A DNA stretch of 64,000 nt from Octopus sinensis (Eukaryota). Both the position numbers and the translations under genes were made by a program. Each line of letters opens with the position of its first letter. Within the stretch, counting starts at the first letter, position 1. Shown here one piece after another: positions 53,117 to 64,000 of the stretch. The notes under the pieces were generated by a model. That model worked only from the letters and a program-made list of their open reading frames with translations, had not been told where the DNA came from and did not search any database. Location: positions 182,590,001 to 182,654,000 of the forward strand of contig NC_042997.1 of assembly GCF_006345805.1 (NCBI RefSeq), in the 5' to 3' direction.

Positions 53117-53518
53117 GAAATGAAGAAAATGCTGACAAAATAATTTAAGTAAGGGAGAGTGTATTTAATTAGGTGAAAGTTCTTTTTACCGGTTGCGCAT
53201 TTGTTATGCTTATCAAAAGATATTTTTTTTAAGAGAGATAGAGTTCCTTTCTGATAGATTTTTTTTTCTCTTATCTGACTTTATGTTGGGTTTGCTGTCT
53301 CTTATGAGACTTTGTTGGGTTTGCTGTCATAAGAGACAGAAAACCCAACATAAAGTCAGATAAGAGAAAAAAAATCTATCAGAAAGGAACTCTATCTCTC
53401 TTAAAAAATATCTTTTGATAAGCATAACAAATGCGCAACCGGTAAAAAGAACTTTCACCTAATTAAATACACTCTCCCTTACTTAAATTATTTTGTCAGC
53501 ATTTTCTTCATTTCCTTT
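53113..53518. repeat. Near-perfect long inverted repeat (arms 53113-53307 and 53327-53518, 19-nt spacer)
   Basis: By eye the arms differ by one substitution and two homopolymer lengths (T8 vs A6, T9 vs A8). Confidence 0.92.
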
Positions 53519-53586
53519 TTTTATATATCACAACTCGTGTTCCACATCTCCTTTTTAAATATATATATATATATATTCTAAATGTA

Positions 53587-53799
53587 CAGTATTATATATC
53601 CATTCACCCAATCTTTCTTACCAGTTGGTTTCACACTAGGAGTTCAATGAGGTGTTAGGTGACAGCCTGATTATGTGACCCTGCACTGCTATATTTCATT
53701 TCATAACTGCCATCTCTGAAGAGTGCAGTGTTACTTAACACTCCATTGAACCCCTAGTGTGAAACTGGTAAAATTGGCTGTAATGGATATATAATACTG
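53587..53799. mobile_element. Tc1/mariner-type MITE (213 bp)
   Basis: TA TSD (53585-53586 and 53800-53801); termini CAGTATTATATATCCATT / AATGGATATATAATACTG with about 80 bp of imperfect TIR. Confidence 0.8.
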
Positions 53800-55128
53800 T
53801 ACACTTTGATCAGTATACCCACTCTATTGACAAATATATGAGTGCATATTTTCTTTTGACAGTTTCTTAGATGATACAAATATGTATACATGTACATTTA
53901 TGTATATAACATGCAACACATACCTGCATTTTGTGGATGTATATGCATCCATATCTTGAACATAAAATAGTCACTGAAATTCTAAGTTCAAAAAAATATA
54001 AGTTACAAATCATGTGATATCTTAAATATATGTGTTATGTATAACACATGTGTAATCTCATATAGTCCTATCCAGAATGGTGGTGATTACCAACATTTTT
54101 AAGTGAATATTTGAAAAACTGTGGAAATTCTTTCCACATGACATCATTGATAGCACTGTTAAACCACATATATAAAATAAAATTAGGTATTTTTACATAT
54201 TGTTGAAGTATGTATCACTGCATTTAGTTTCTACTAACCAACCACCAAGTAATAGTTCAGAGTGAAGCAAGTAGAGGAAGTGAAGCTTGCCTGAAGCCAC
54301 AGCACATATGTTGTAGCAAGGCTTCATGCCCATGTAATTAATATTTGAACACATCAGCCACTGTGCTTTTTCTTTCAACTTTTAATTCTCTCTTTCAATT
54401 TATGTGATACCTTCCAAATTCTGTTTAGTTTTTCTACCATTTCTATAACTAGCAATGGTATTTCTTTCTCGAGAAACAATCTTTTAAATGACTTTACAAT
54501 TATTTACATGTGAATGGGATATTCTATAATTGAGTGGTTAGAACACGGTACCCTGGTTAATTTTATTTAATGATTTATGGCTAATCAAATCATAATTAAT
54601 CACAGATTAATTTTAAGTCTTTTTCTTACTTCTACATGCTTCAAATGCTACCCACAGTCATATGCCCCTGATATTTTCTGGTTTCCTTTGCCAAGGCAGA
54701 ACAATAGAAACTATATATGTTAATTATAAGTCAAAACTGGGCTTCGTTAACATTATATATAGGACTTAGAAAAGTGTAATTAAAGATATATAAAAAAAGA
54801 AAAAGATGAATAGGCAAGAATGAAATAAAAGGACTTGAGTTACTCTACCCTGAAATTTAATCCACAATGAATTCCATCTTAATACAAGTGTCTTAATGTA
54901 TTTAATAAACCAAAAAAATTGTTGTGTAGCTTTGGATTATCACTAATTGTTGGAGTTAATATTCTGCACCTTTTAAATAAATATTTATTTATGTATTTAT
55001 TTTACCAATTTTTTTACTTATTCAGATTTAACTAGACCCATCAAATACTCAGAAAAATTCTAATTCACAATTTGAGTGACATTCTAGAAGTAAACTTAAT
55101 TATTTAATTATGTCCCTTTTATTGTAAA

Positions 55129-55517
55129 ACTAGCAGTATCGCCTGGCGTTGCTCAGGTTTGTAAGGGAAATAACTATAAAGCATTTTTAGAGAGTTATAG
55201 CCAAAAAATAGCAAAAAATTGGAAAAAAAAAATTATGGTAAATTTTTTTTTGAGAGTTAAAAAAGTCGAGTTGCGTCCCCTAGACAGTCTGTGATTTGTG
55301 TTTCTGATTCTCGACCCCATGTCGAATTTATCGATTATTTTCAGAACTGGGTGAACTTTTCAAAATTTTCGCTGCGTTAGTTTTGAATTATGACATTGGG
55401 CTATGTGTGTGTCAAGTTTCATCAGAATCGGTTGAAAGCCGTGGTCAGGGTGAGGGTACAACCTGACAGACACACAGACACACAGACAGACAAACTGCCG
55501 TTTATATAGAGAGAGAT
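55129..55517 (+). mobile_element. Non-autonomous Helitron-like element
   Basis: Starts actagcagtatcgcc..., has aagtttcatcagaatcgg and an (acag)n run, and ends tttatatagagagagat. This layout recalls invertebrate non-autonomous Helitron-like repeats; no TSD seen. Confidence 0.6.
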
Positions 55518-55744
55518 ACTCAGCCAATGTTGTCATTTACAGCAATGACAAGCCTGAAATTGTTCTTCTGATGGAAGATATAACCAGATGATATAAATAT
55601 TCAAAAATTTCATAGAAACTCCACTGACCTTAAGAGACTATTATTTTCATAAATAATGATTATCATCATAGAGATCCATGTTTATTGTTCGTTTTCTTCC
55701 TGATAAGATCAGTAGGAAAGTAGTTGTTCTAATAGAGTACTTTT

Positions 55745-56110
55745 TTATCTTTTCTCTTTTATTTGTTTCTGTCATTAGACTGTGGCTATGCTGTGGCACC
55801 ACCTCGAAGGGTTTAGTTGAACAAATCAACCCCAGTACTTTTTTTTAAGCCTGGTACATATTCAATCAAACTTTTTGCTGAATTGCTAAGTTACATGGAC
55901 ATAAACAAACCAATGCCAGTTGTCAAGCAGTGGTGAGAGAAATACACACACACACATGCACACCCATACTCACATAAACAACAGGCTTCTTTCAGTTTCT
56001 GTCTACCGAATCTACTCACAAGGCTTTGGTCAGCCCAAGATGCCACATAGTACTACTGAATCCAGAACCATGTGGCTGAGAAGTAAACTTCTTATCACAC
56101 AGTCACACCT
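55745..56110 (-). mobile_element. SINE family a
   Basis: Reverse-complement homology to 25885-26280. Confidence 0.75.
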
Positions 56111-59100
56111 CTAAATTGTTCTTTGAAAGTTTATTGTTAACAATAAAGAACAGAACTATTTATATTACTGCAGTTGCTGAAAATTATATATAAGCAGTAT
56201 AAATCAATAGAAAGAAAAAAATCTGGAAATGGTTAATGTTAGACATGCTAATCGTTATTCTAAGAGGACATTACTATTTGGCCCTTTTCCGTTGAAATCC
56301 TTTTTTTTTTTTTTCTATCCTATATTAACATTGTTTATGTATATCTTAAATTGAAAATGTCAAGCTCTATTCTGTAAAATTCCTATAATATAGTTTACAG
56401 TTTGGTTCACATAAGTTAAGGGTTTGTCAAATTTACAAAACTAACCTTTAATACGCTTGGAATATTTGAAAGAAAATTAACTTAAGGAGTACACAAGTTC
56501 AGATAGTTTAGTAAAATAGTGTTTACCAGTGAGCAGCAGCTAGTCTACAAAAGCTTTTTTTATCAATACATTGCTTCCCTCCTTACTAAGAAGCCACTAT
56601 AAACAATCCAGAGAAACCAGGGAACATTTGGATATAAGTAATTATACTAAATAAAGTATCAGACTGTTAAAAGTAGAATCACCAACTTTAAATCCTCTAA
56701 ATCTTACATTTATCAGTAGTCTGATATTGATTTAGCTTACTCTGTTTAAAATTTAACTTGCACAAAGATTGTTGAATTTGTTCAGCAGAAATCCAAAATT
56801 ATATTAAAATTTTTGTCTAGCATAAATCTTTTTGGTTATATTCGTAGCAAGAGCTTAAAATTATTCCATTAAGATAGCATACAGAACAAAAGTTATGTGT
56901 ATAAAGATCTATTAATCACCCATAAAATGATGATATTATTGAAGATCTACTGAAATGTTATAACTTTGAAATAATTAGTGCCTCTGCATTCACACTTTAT
57001 CCAACAAATACTGTCAAAGTAAAGTATATAAAATAATTCCTAATAGTTATTATGATTTAGTAGAAATACAGTAATATTTTCTTTAGCAGCTGGGATTTTG
57101 AGCATAAATTAAAACTATCATGCAATACTATTGAAAACTCCTTATTAATTCTTCGACATATTTTCTATTAGTTTATAATTTGATTCATGCCTATCAATAT
57201 AAACTTGCAAAACTTTTGGATTTTTTTTTTTTTTTAGCAGGAAGGGTAAGGAAATCTAACTGTAGCACAACTGTCTTTTTCATACAAGCTCATATACACC
57301 TCCCCATACAGACAGCTGGTGTATATTTTTTCATAAACTTTATGAATATCCTGCCATTATATATTTCATCTTTAAAAAAATATTTACAACAGATGATTGG
57401 AGAGTTAGCTATCTGAAAGTAAATATTTGTTTTTTAACGTGACTATTCTTGGCAGTTAATTTTTATACTGAGATTTATTTGATAAAATGGTCATAGCTTA
57501 GGAGAGTAAGTAGGATTGTGATTTTTGTTATATTATCCTTCAGGGTTTAAGCCTCCAACCTTAATATACTATTAGTAATACAGTATATAAGACAGCTGAG
57601 CAAGTCAAATAACTATAGAATTCTAAATATTTGTTAACAGAAGCATTTTTTAAAAATCATTATCTTTGGTGTGTAATGTATTGCTTATTTCTTATTATAG
57701 CTTTTTTGAAGCAAAATAAAAGGGAGTGAAATAAGGGCTGTTATTTAAGTATAGAGGCAAATGAAGAATTGAAATATTTACTGGAGTTGTAAGTTCAGTT
57801 GACTCCAAGCGCATCGTTAGGTTTTTGGAAAGAACAGTTTATTCTACATTACTTTGGTTGTTGAAAGTATGTGGAGGCAGATGTTGGTATACTTTAACAA
57901 TACATAGAATTTCAATTTCTGTATACTCCAGTCATACATGTACTCTATCTGTTTTCTAGAAACCAAAAATCTAGTGGCATCTCTTTTAATCTCTTTTTAT
58001 GTGAGGATACTCAAATTTCTCGTGAACATTATTACATTTTTCAACATGACAAACATTTGTTTATCTACTGGTAGCATATGAAGGTAGAAAAACTCTTACT
58101 AGCACTAACTATAGATATGATGGTGCAATTGTTTAAAACCAAATCTTACACTATTTGCTAGCTCCCTAAGGACCATCTCATTGTGAAGAGTAAGTAAATT
58201 GATAACTTCACTGCAGAGAATGCAGTGTGAGGGTATGAAAGAGGGAAAGGTAAATATATGCCCTTTACAGTTACATTTCAAGAGAGTGTCTGATGAAGGG
58301 CCTGTGGTTAGAAGGTTAGCATGTGACATTAGAATTTGTTTTAAATATTTGCACCTTCATTATAGATGAAGGTTTGGAAGGCTGTTTCCATCTTTATAAC
58401 AGGATTTTAATTAATAAAGGTGGGAATTTACTCAAGATTACTAATATGTAGCCTCTTTTAATCTAACAAAATAGATAACCCATCATGGGTCTGAAACCAA
58501 GGATGCTGGAAAATTGATGTTCTGTGTATAGCTTAGCTTTGATTTCACTATATTTGTTTCATGCCCATATGCTCTTACATATATGATTCACAAAATATAC
58601 AGTATCCTAAATGTTTATTGAGAACCTAAATTTCATGTTCCATCATAGATGGGACAAGACAACTTGATTATTGAAATGAGTAGTGATAACAGCTAAGCCA
58701 AGCTTAATCAAGTATCTTCTCTGGAACATGAAACTTAAGTCATTGCCAGTGAACATTTAAGATTCTGATTATGAAATATTTATAACTCTCAAATGTATTG
58801 GGTGCTTTAATTTGCTGTGCCTATCAACAAATGAACAATGAGTGTGCAATTTTTTTTAAAATGAATATGTGGCCTTTTCTAAATAGGTTTATCTTTTTAC
58901 ATAATCAGAAGTGGAACTTTATCTTATGAGACTAAAAGGAAAAGCTATGCCATTCCAAGAGGGTTTATGTGAGTCTTGCTCATAGACACAGAAATACACA
59001 CATTGATATTTTAAAGCACAAATTTGTCCATGATTTTTAGTTTTAACTTGATAGCTATGCATGTATTTTTTTGGCATTAACACTTCAGTTGACAGTTATC

Positions 59101-59942
59101 TCCGAAATAATTATGCTTGTGCATGCACACACACAAACACACACATATGCACACAGTCATTCATTGATTCATATTTAAAATAAGCTTTTCTTTGTGTATG
59201 CAATAAATACTGTGAGGAGTGATAATCATCAACATATAACAAGATCAAGAATACAGAAATGCTACAAAATCTTTTGATATTTCATAATAGATTATTAAGT
59301 AATAATGTGAATTAAACAGTTTTTATGTATTCTTAAGTGACTAAAATGACTTCAATGATACAAGGATATAAAGCATTTCAGAAACATAACACTCTATCAT
59401 TTCCATGATTCACCTTGAAAATATATATTTGTTGAAAATAGAATTGAGAAAATAAAGAATAAAACATGTTAATTACTTTTGAGAAAGTAAATGATTTTGA
59501 TGTTCACAATATAAATATATTCTGCCAAAGCATGATGAAATTTTTTTTTGGTTTTCCTTTTAATTTAAAAATATATTTGTTATTCATAATACTTGTAGTT
59601 TTAATTATTTAATATCACTAGTTTTTTAAGTACTAAAATATCAATTTTTGTTTATTCTGTTGAAAACTGTTTTAGAATGTTTGGCATTTTTATCAAAAGA
59701 CTCATAAATAATGAATTATTCTTTTATTTAGGAATTAATAAGAAATATAATTTTAAAGCTTCGATTATTCAAGTGTTCTTGTATAAAGTATCTAGTATTT
59801 CAAACTGATTAAAAAACTTGTAATAATATTTTATCAAATCTTCTTATTGTATTGATAACAAATAGGTGTTGTGCTTCTACCATCCGTAACAAATATTGTC
59901 AATTGTGTTTAACTTTTTTTTCTCCATTTTTATCTTTTATAG

Positions 59943-60326
59943 AATGATGAGCAAATCTTCAACTGAAGAGAGTGAGCTTGAAACTCCTCCTCCTCTTCCG
60001 GAAAAGCAGCGCATCTCAAGTGCCACCACCTTAAACATGATGGGAAGCAGCAAAGGAGATAGCAATGGCCACTCTTCTTCAAGCCAATCCCCACTTAGTA
60101 GCATGCTTTTTCCTAGTCCTTCTCAAGACCATTCTCTCGGTGGTTGTAGCAATAGCTCAGGACTAGTAACTCCATCCAGTCAATCGCCACGCAGTTGTTC
60201 CCCTTTAAGTCGCTCTCCCGCCAGCAGTATTGGTTCTGGTCTCAACCAATCGATGGATGATTTACTTAGCAGTAGTAATCGAAGTAGTAGAACTAATAGT
60301 TTTTCTTATGCATCTTCAGATTCAAG
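59943..60326 (+). CDS. RAPGEF1: RAPGEF1/C3G exon E (P1 motif, Ser-rich)
   Basis: Long polypyrimidine tract then ttttatag|A, donor AG|gttagc, phase 2-2. Contains PPPLPEKQR, a Crk SH3 PxxPxK motif. Confidence 0.92.
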
Positions 60327-60722
60327 GTTAGCTTTCATTCTTATTTCTACATAATTTTATTTCCATATGTAAATTCATTAACTTACTTCTATAGGGAAAA
60401 CAATCTTGCACCATTCATCTATGAATCAATATAGCTCAATTTAAAGTATTATAAAATTAATCCATTTGCCAACTGTATTAAAGAAACAATATTGTATTAA
60501 ATAAACTATGTTTATTAATGATATTTTTCTTTTTAACTTTGCAATTGTAAATACATAAAAATATAATTTCAAAAATTTAAAAACTTTCTTTGAATCTTAG
60601 TAAATTTTTCTAATTTTTCTATTTTTAAAAATATTTTGTCCTTTTTTTTCTCTTTCCTATTTACAAAATTTTAATCTGAAATATCAAGATTTCATATGTT
60701 TATATCAAATGTTTAATTGCAG

Positions 60723-61240
60723 GAGTGCTACGATGGAAAGCAGTGTTGAATATGCTCTTGCTGTTGATGAAATTAACCAGCTGACCAAAAAGATCAACCA
60801 GCTAACAACAAGCATCAAGGATGTTCCACCTCCTGTGCCTGCAAAGGGTTCAAAATCACCCCGCTTCCCATCACATTACGACAATGTACCACTGGGAGAA
60901 GGTTCTGGGGGCTTACCGGTCAGTGGCTTGGTGGGGATATGTGCTAATACTACTGGCATGAGCCAAACCATCAGTCACATGAGCAGTCATAGCACTTCTT
61001 GTAGCAGTAGCAGTAGCCTGAATACACGCATGGTCTCTCATTTCAACAGTGCTATGGCTGGTGCCAGTGGCATGCCATCCTTCTCACACTTTCACTCTCA
61101 TAAATCCAGCTCTTATTTCTTCTCACAAAGTTCACAAGAAACCATATCCAGTTCAGAATTCTCATCTGGTATCAGTCATTCAAGTTTGGAGAGTTTACAT
61201 CAGCATGGACCACCACCATTACCACCAAAGAAGAAACATA
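60723..61240 (+). CDS. RAPGEF1: RAPGEF1/C3G exon F (P2, YDN site, P3)
   Basis: Acceptor ttgcag|G, donor CATA|gtatgt, phase 2-1. Contains PPPVPAKG, SHYDNV and PPPLPPKKKH. Confidence 0.93.
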
Positions 61241-62398
61241 GTATGTGGTTTCAAATTGTTTTTCTACATTTTTGTAATGTTACAATACTTCTCCAAATTT
61301 AGAATCTCCAAATTAAAAAAAAAATTTTTTTTTAGTAGGATAAAGAATTATACTTTATATTAAGAAATAACAAAACACAAATCTTATATACTAAAATTTA
61401 TTGGGCTTCTTTTTTACTATATGGAGATGGAATTAAAAAGAAGAGTTTGGGTTATGGGAAACTGATGACCTTACCAGATAAGTAAAGCAGTTTTCATCTT
61501 GGAAAAACTGAAGTTTCATTGACTTTTACTGAAGGATTATAGATAGCCAAAAATATTGCTAAGCAAAATTAATAACATGACAAATTGCTATTTTGTTATG
61601 TTATTAATTTGCTGCCTTATTCCTATTTCACATCACACCCACATTAATGTTTTCTGTTCCTTCTTATGAATCACCATTACTTTACACCTATTGCCTGAAA
61701 AGACAAAAATGATTTACTTTTTGTCTTTCACTGCACTTTCACCTTCAAAATGTAACTGCAATGATGTTTTATTCTCACAATAGACTAATGGAATTAGTTA
61801 TTGTGAACTCATATCAGTGTATCACCACTTTCACCACCAATTGCATAAAATACAGAAACTATGTCCTCATGATCTACTCAAGTTTAATCTCCTAACTACA
61901 CAGAGTTTTAGTAACCTACTGAAGCTCTCAACAGTCTACTGAGCTAATTTGGTGACATCTGATGAATAAATCAAATAACAAGCAAACAGTTATATACACT
62001 CATGCATTGTTATATCGGAACATTATTTTTAACAGTTAACTAATAAGGTAACAAATTTACTTGAAAGCTAAATTATTTGGGATTGATTACATTTTATATA
62101 AAGTTAAAATAAATATCACCAAATAGGTTTTCATTTGCTGTTTTCTTGAGTAGGGTCCAAATTTCATTTCATCCCCATTTCAGTATTCAAAATTAATTTT
62201 TTAGGGTTGGGGGGATCCAAAAGTTTTTAGAATCCTATTAAATTTCTTTTCATTCCCTTTATTTTTTTCACCTACACATTTTATCACTATTTTGGTATTC
62301 ATTTTGTATAGAATTGATAATAAAATAATTTTTGTCTTAGTAATAACAAATCTTTGATTTCATCATTAATATAATTCCCTTTTACGTCTGTTTTCCAG

Positions 62399-62658
62399 TT
62401 CAAACGTATATGCAAACATTTGGCTCCTGTGTGCAGCCTAATGCTACAGAATTAGCGCACATATCTCGCCGATCACTTAACTTCTTCGAGGCTGAATGGA
62501 AACATCACCAGAAAGAGTTACATAGGTCAATATATCCTCGATCTAATACTATCAGTGTCATCTCTGATATCTCTAGTGGAAGTTCAGATAATACGTCTGG
62601 CATTGGCTCAGCTGAAAATATGGGAACTCCTCCTGCACTTCCAGCTAAATTGGGACGA
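62399..62658 (+). CDS. RAPGEF1: RAPGEF1/C3G exon G (autoinhibitory-region helix and P4)
   Basis: Acceptor gttttccag|TT, donor CGA|gtaagt, phase 1-0. The splice gives KKKH-I-QTYMQTFG (cf. C3G KNKHMLAYMQLLE) and the exon ends with PPALPAKLGR. Confidence 0.92.
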
Positions 62659-64000
62659 GTAAGTATTCCAGAAAATAACTGGACATTTTGAATATTTAAC
62701 ATGCACAAAACACCACTGAGAAAATTGTTTGTAATTCTATTTTTGTTTAATTTATATATATATACTGTTTGGTAAAAGTTTTCTTTATAACCATGTGATT
62801 CCAGATTTTCATTCTACTGCAATGCATGTTGGGTAAGGATCATCTATCATAGCTTCAGGCTGACCACTCTCTTACCAGTGAAATATAGTAGATCAAAACT
62901 GCAGTCCACGTGTGTGTTTGTATATAGCAGTGTAAAATGCATATTTAAATCCATGGTAAGAGAGGTTACTCTCAGAAGGGACATAAATCTGATCAAATTT
63001 ATACTATTACATAAACATAGATATAATTAATAGCAGTCTACACCAAATAAAATAATGTTTCCATGTCATTTTGCCATCATTAACTGCTGCCTTCTTGATC
63101 TATGAGTCTTGAGGACCAAGTACTGCAGGAAACTTTTTTATGAATTAACTGGGATATCATTATTAATGCAGGAGCAGAAGAAGGAACTTTAAAAAAAAAA
63201 AAACATAAAAAATTGAGAGTTAAAGTGAAAATAGCAAAATGATTAATACTTAGAAATTTCATAGACTATTCATGAAGCAGTAGTATTAATTATGTGTCAG
63301 AATGTGTGTTGAATGTATGAATGACATTATTCTAAAATAACCAAATTAAGTTTGTAAAAATATATAACCAGCTGGAATGATAAAAGATGTATATGAATTT
63401 TTATATAGAGATTAGAATATAAGGCAACCTGAGTCTTATAAACACAAGATTAGAGTCTGGATTATTGGCAGAAAGTGATTCAGGTGCTGCATTGCTGTTT
63501 AAAATGAACTGCAAACATCTCTGTTACAAGCATGTTTCCTTGATTTATTAGTATTTTCTAAGAAAACAATGTTTTTCATATAAAATAATACCAGTTATCA
63601 TTGCCTTCCATGCTGGCATGTGTTGGACTTACTCCAACTCACGATGGTCTTTTTTTTTTTTTGTTGGAAGTCACTGTTTTCATAGATTGGTGCTAATACA
63701 TGTCATTTGACTTGGCTTCTACAGTTGGATGCTCTTCCTATTGCCAACCTCTTTACTGAGTATGTTGGTGCATTTTCTTGTAGCACTAACACAGGAGCAG
63801 TTGAATAGTCTTTGGCACAAGCTGCATAATATTATATATTATTGGCTAATAACTCATTTTATACAGTGATATTTTTAACAAAATTTAAATAACCTTATAT
63901 TTCAAATTTTTAGAGAAGTTATGAGGCAAAAATTATTTAATAGACTTACATAAGAGCATTTTAAATTGTATACAAAATACTAAGATATAACTAAATAAAA

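Noticed and set aside
58285-58330. Second hammerhead-like start (gtgt-CTGATGA-agggcctgtggtt-agaa...)
   Set aside because: GAAA and the NUH site are not intact and stem I pairing is poor; at best a decayed relic.
61455-61517. Possible intronic C/D box snoRNA (TGATGA at 61463, CTGA at 61508, gaaac/gtttc flanks)
   Set aside because: Only about 50 nt from box C to box D, the flanking pairing does not fit kink-turn geometry, and no C'/D' boxes or guide target could be recognised.
1-64000. CRISPR arrays, rRNA, bona fide tRNA or prokaryotic operons
   Set aside because: None seen; the sequence is eukaryotic DNA with spliceosomal introns.

Overview
AT-rich, microsatellite- and SINE-dense metazoan genomic DNA; the repeat landscape suggests a coleoid cephalopod such as Octopus (inference, not verified). 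The window is the interior of a plus-strand RAPGEF1/C3G (Crk SH3-binding Rap1 GEF) gene. Seven GT-AG exons (24694-24866, 28479-28626, 30982-31076, 41251-41436, 59943-60326, 60723-61240, 62399-62658) splice in phase into one open 588-codon stretch. It encodes the N-terminal helical domain, five proline-rich Crk-SH3 motifs, a YDN site and the start of the autoinhibitory region. The first exon(s) and the REM/CDC25 exons were not found and probably lie outside the window. The rest is probably intronic and holds a degraded L1/Tx1-clade LINE with a 16-bp TSD, several SINE families, hAT-, mariner-, piggyBac- and Helitron-like non-autonomous elements, old RTE/CR1-like fragments and a near-perfect 195-bp inverted repeat. 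The most interesting signal is a ~350-nt repeat unit carrying a minimal type I hammerhead-ribozyme-like motif (6135-6179, minus strand). It occurs as tandem and inverted arrays with variable-length TSDs whose internal junctions cluster around the predicted cleavage site, and the Tx1 LINE has inserted about 20 nt upstream of the ribozyme motif. All alignments were done by eye; no database searches were run.
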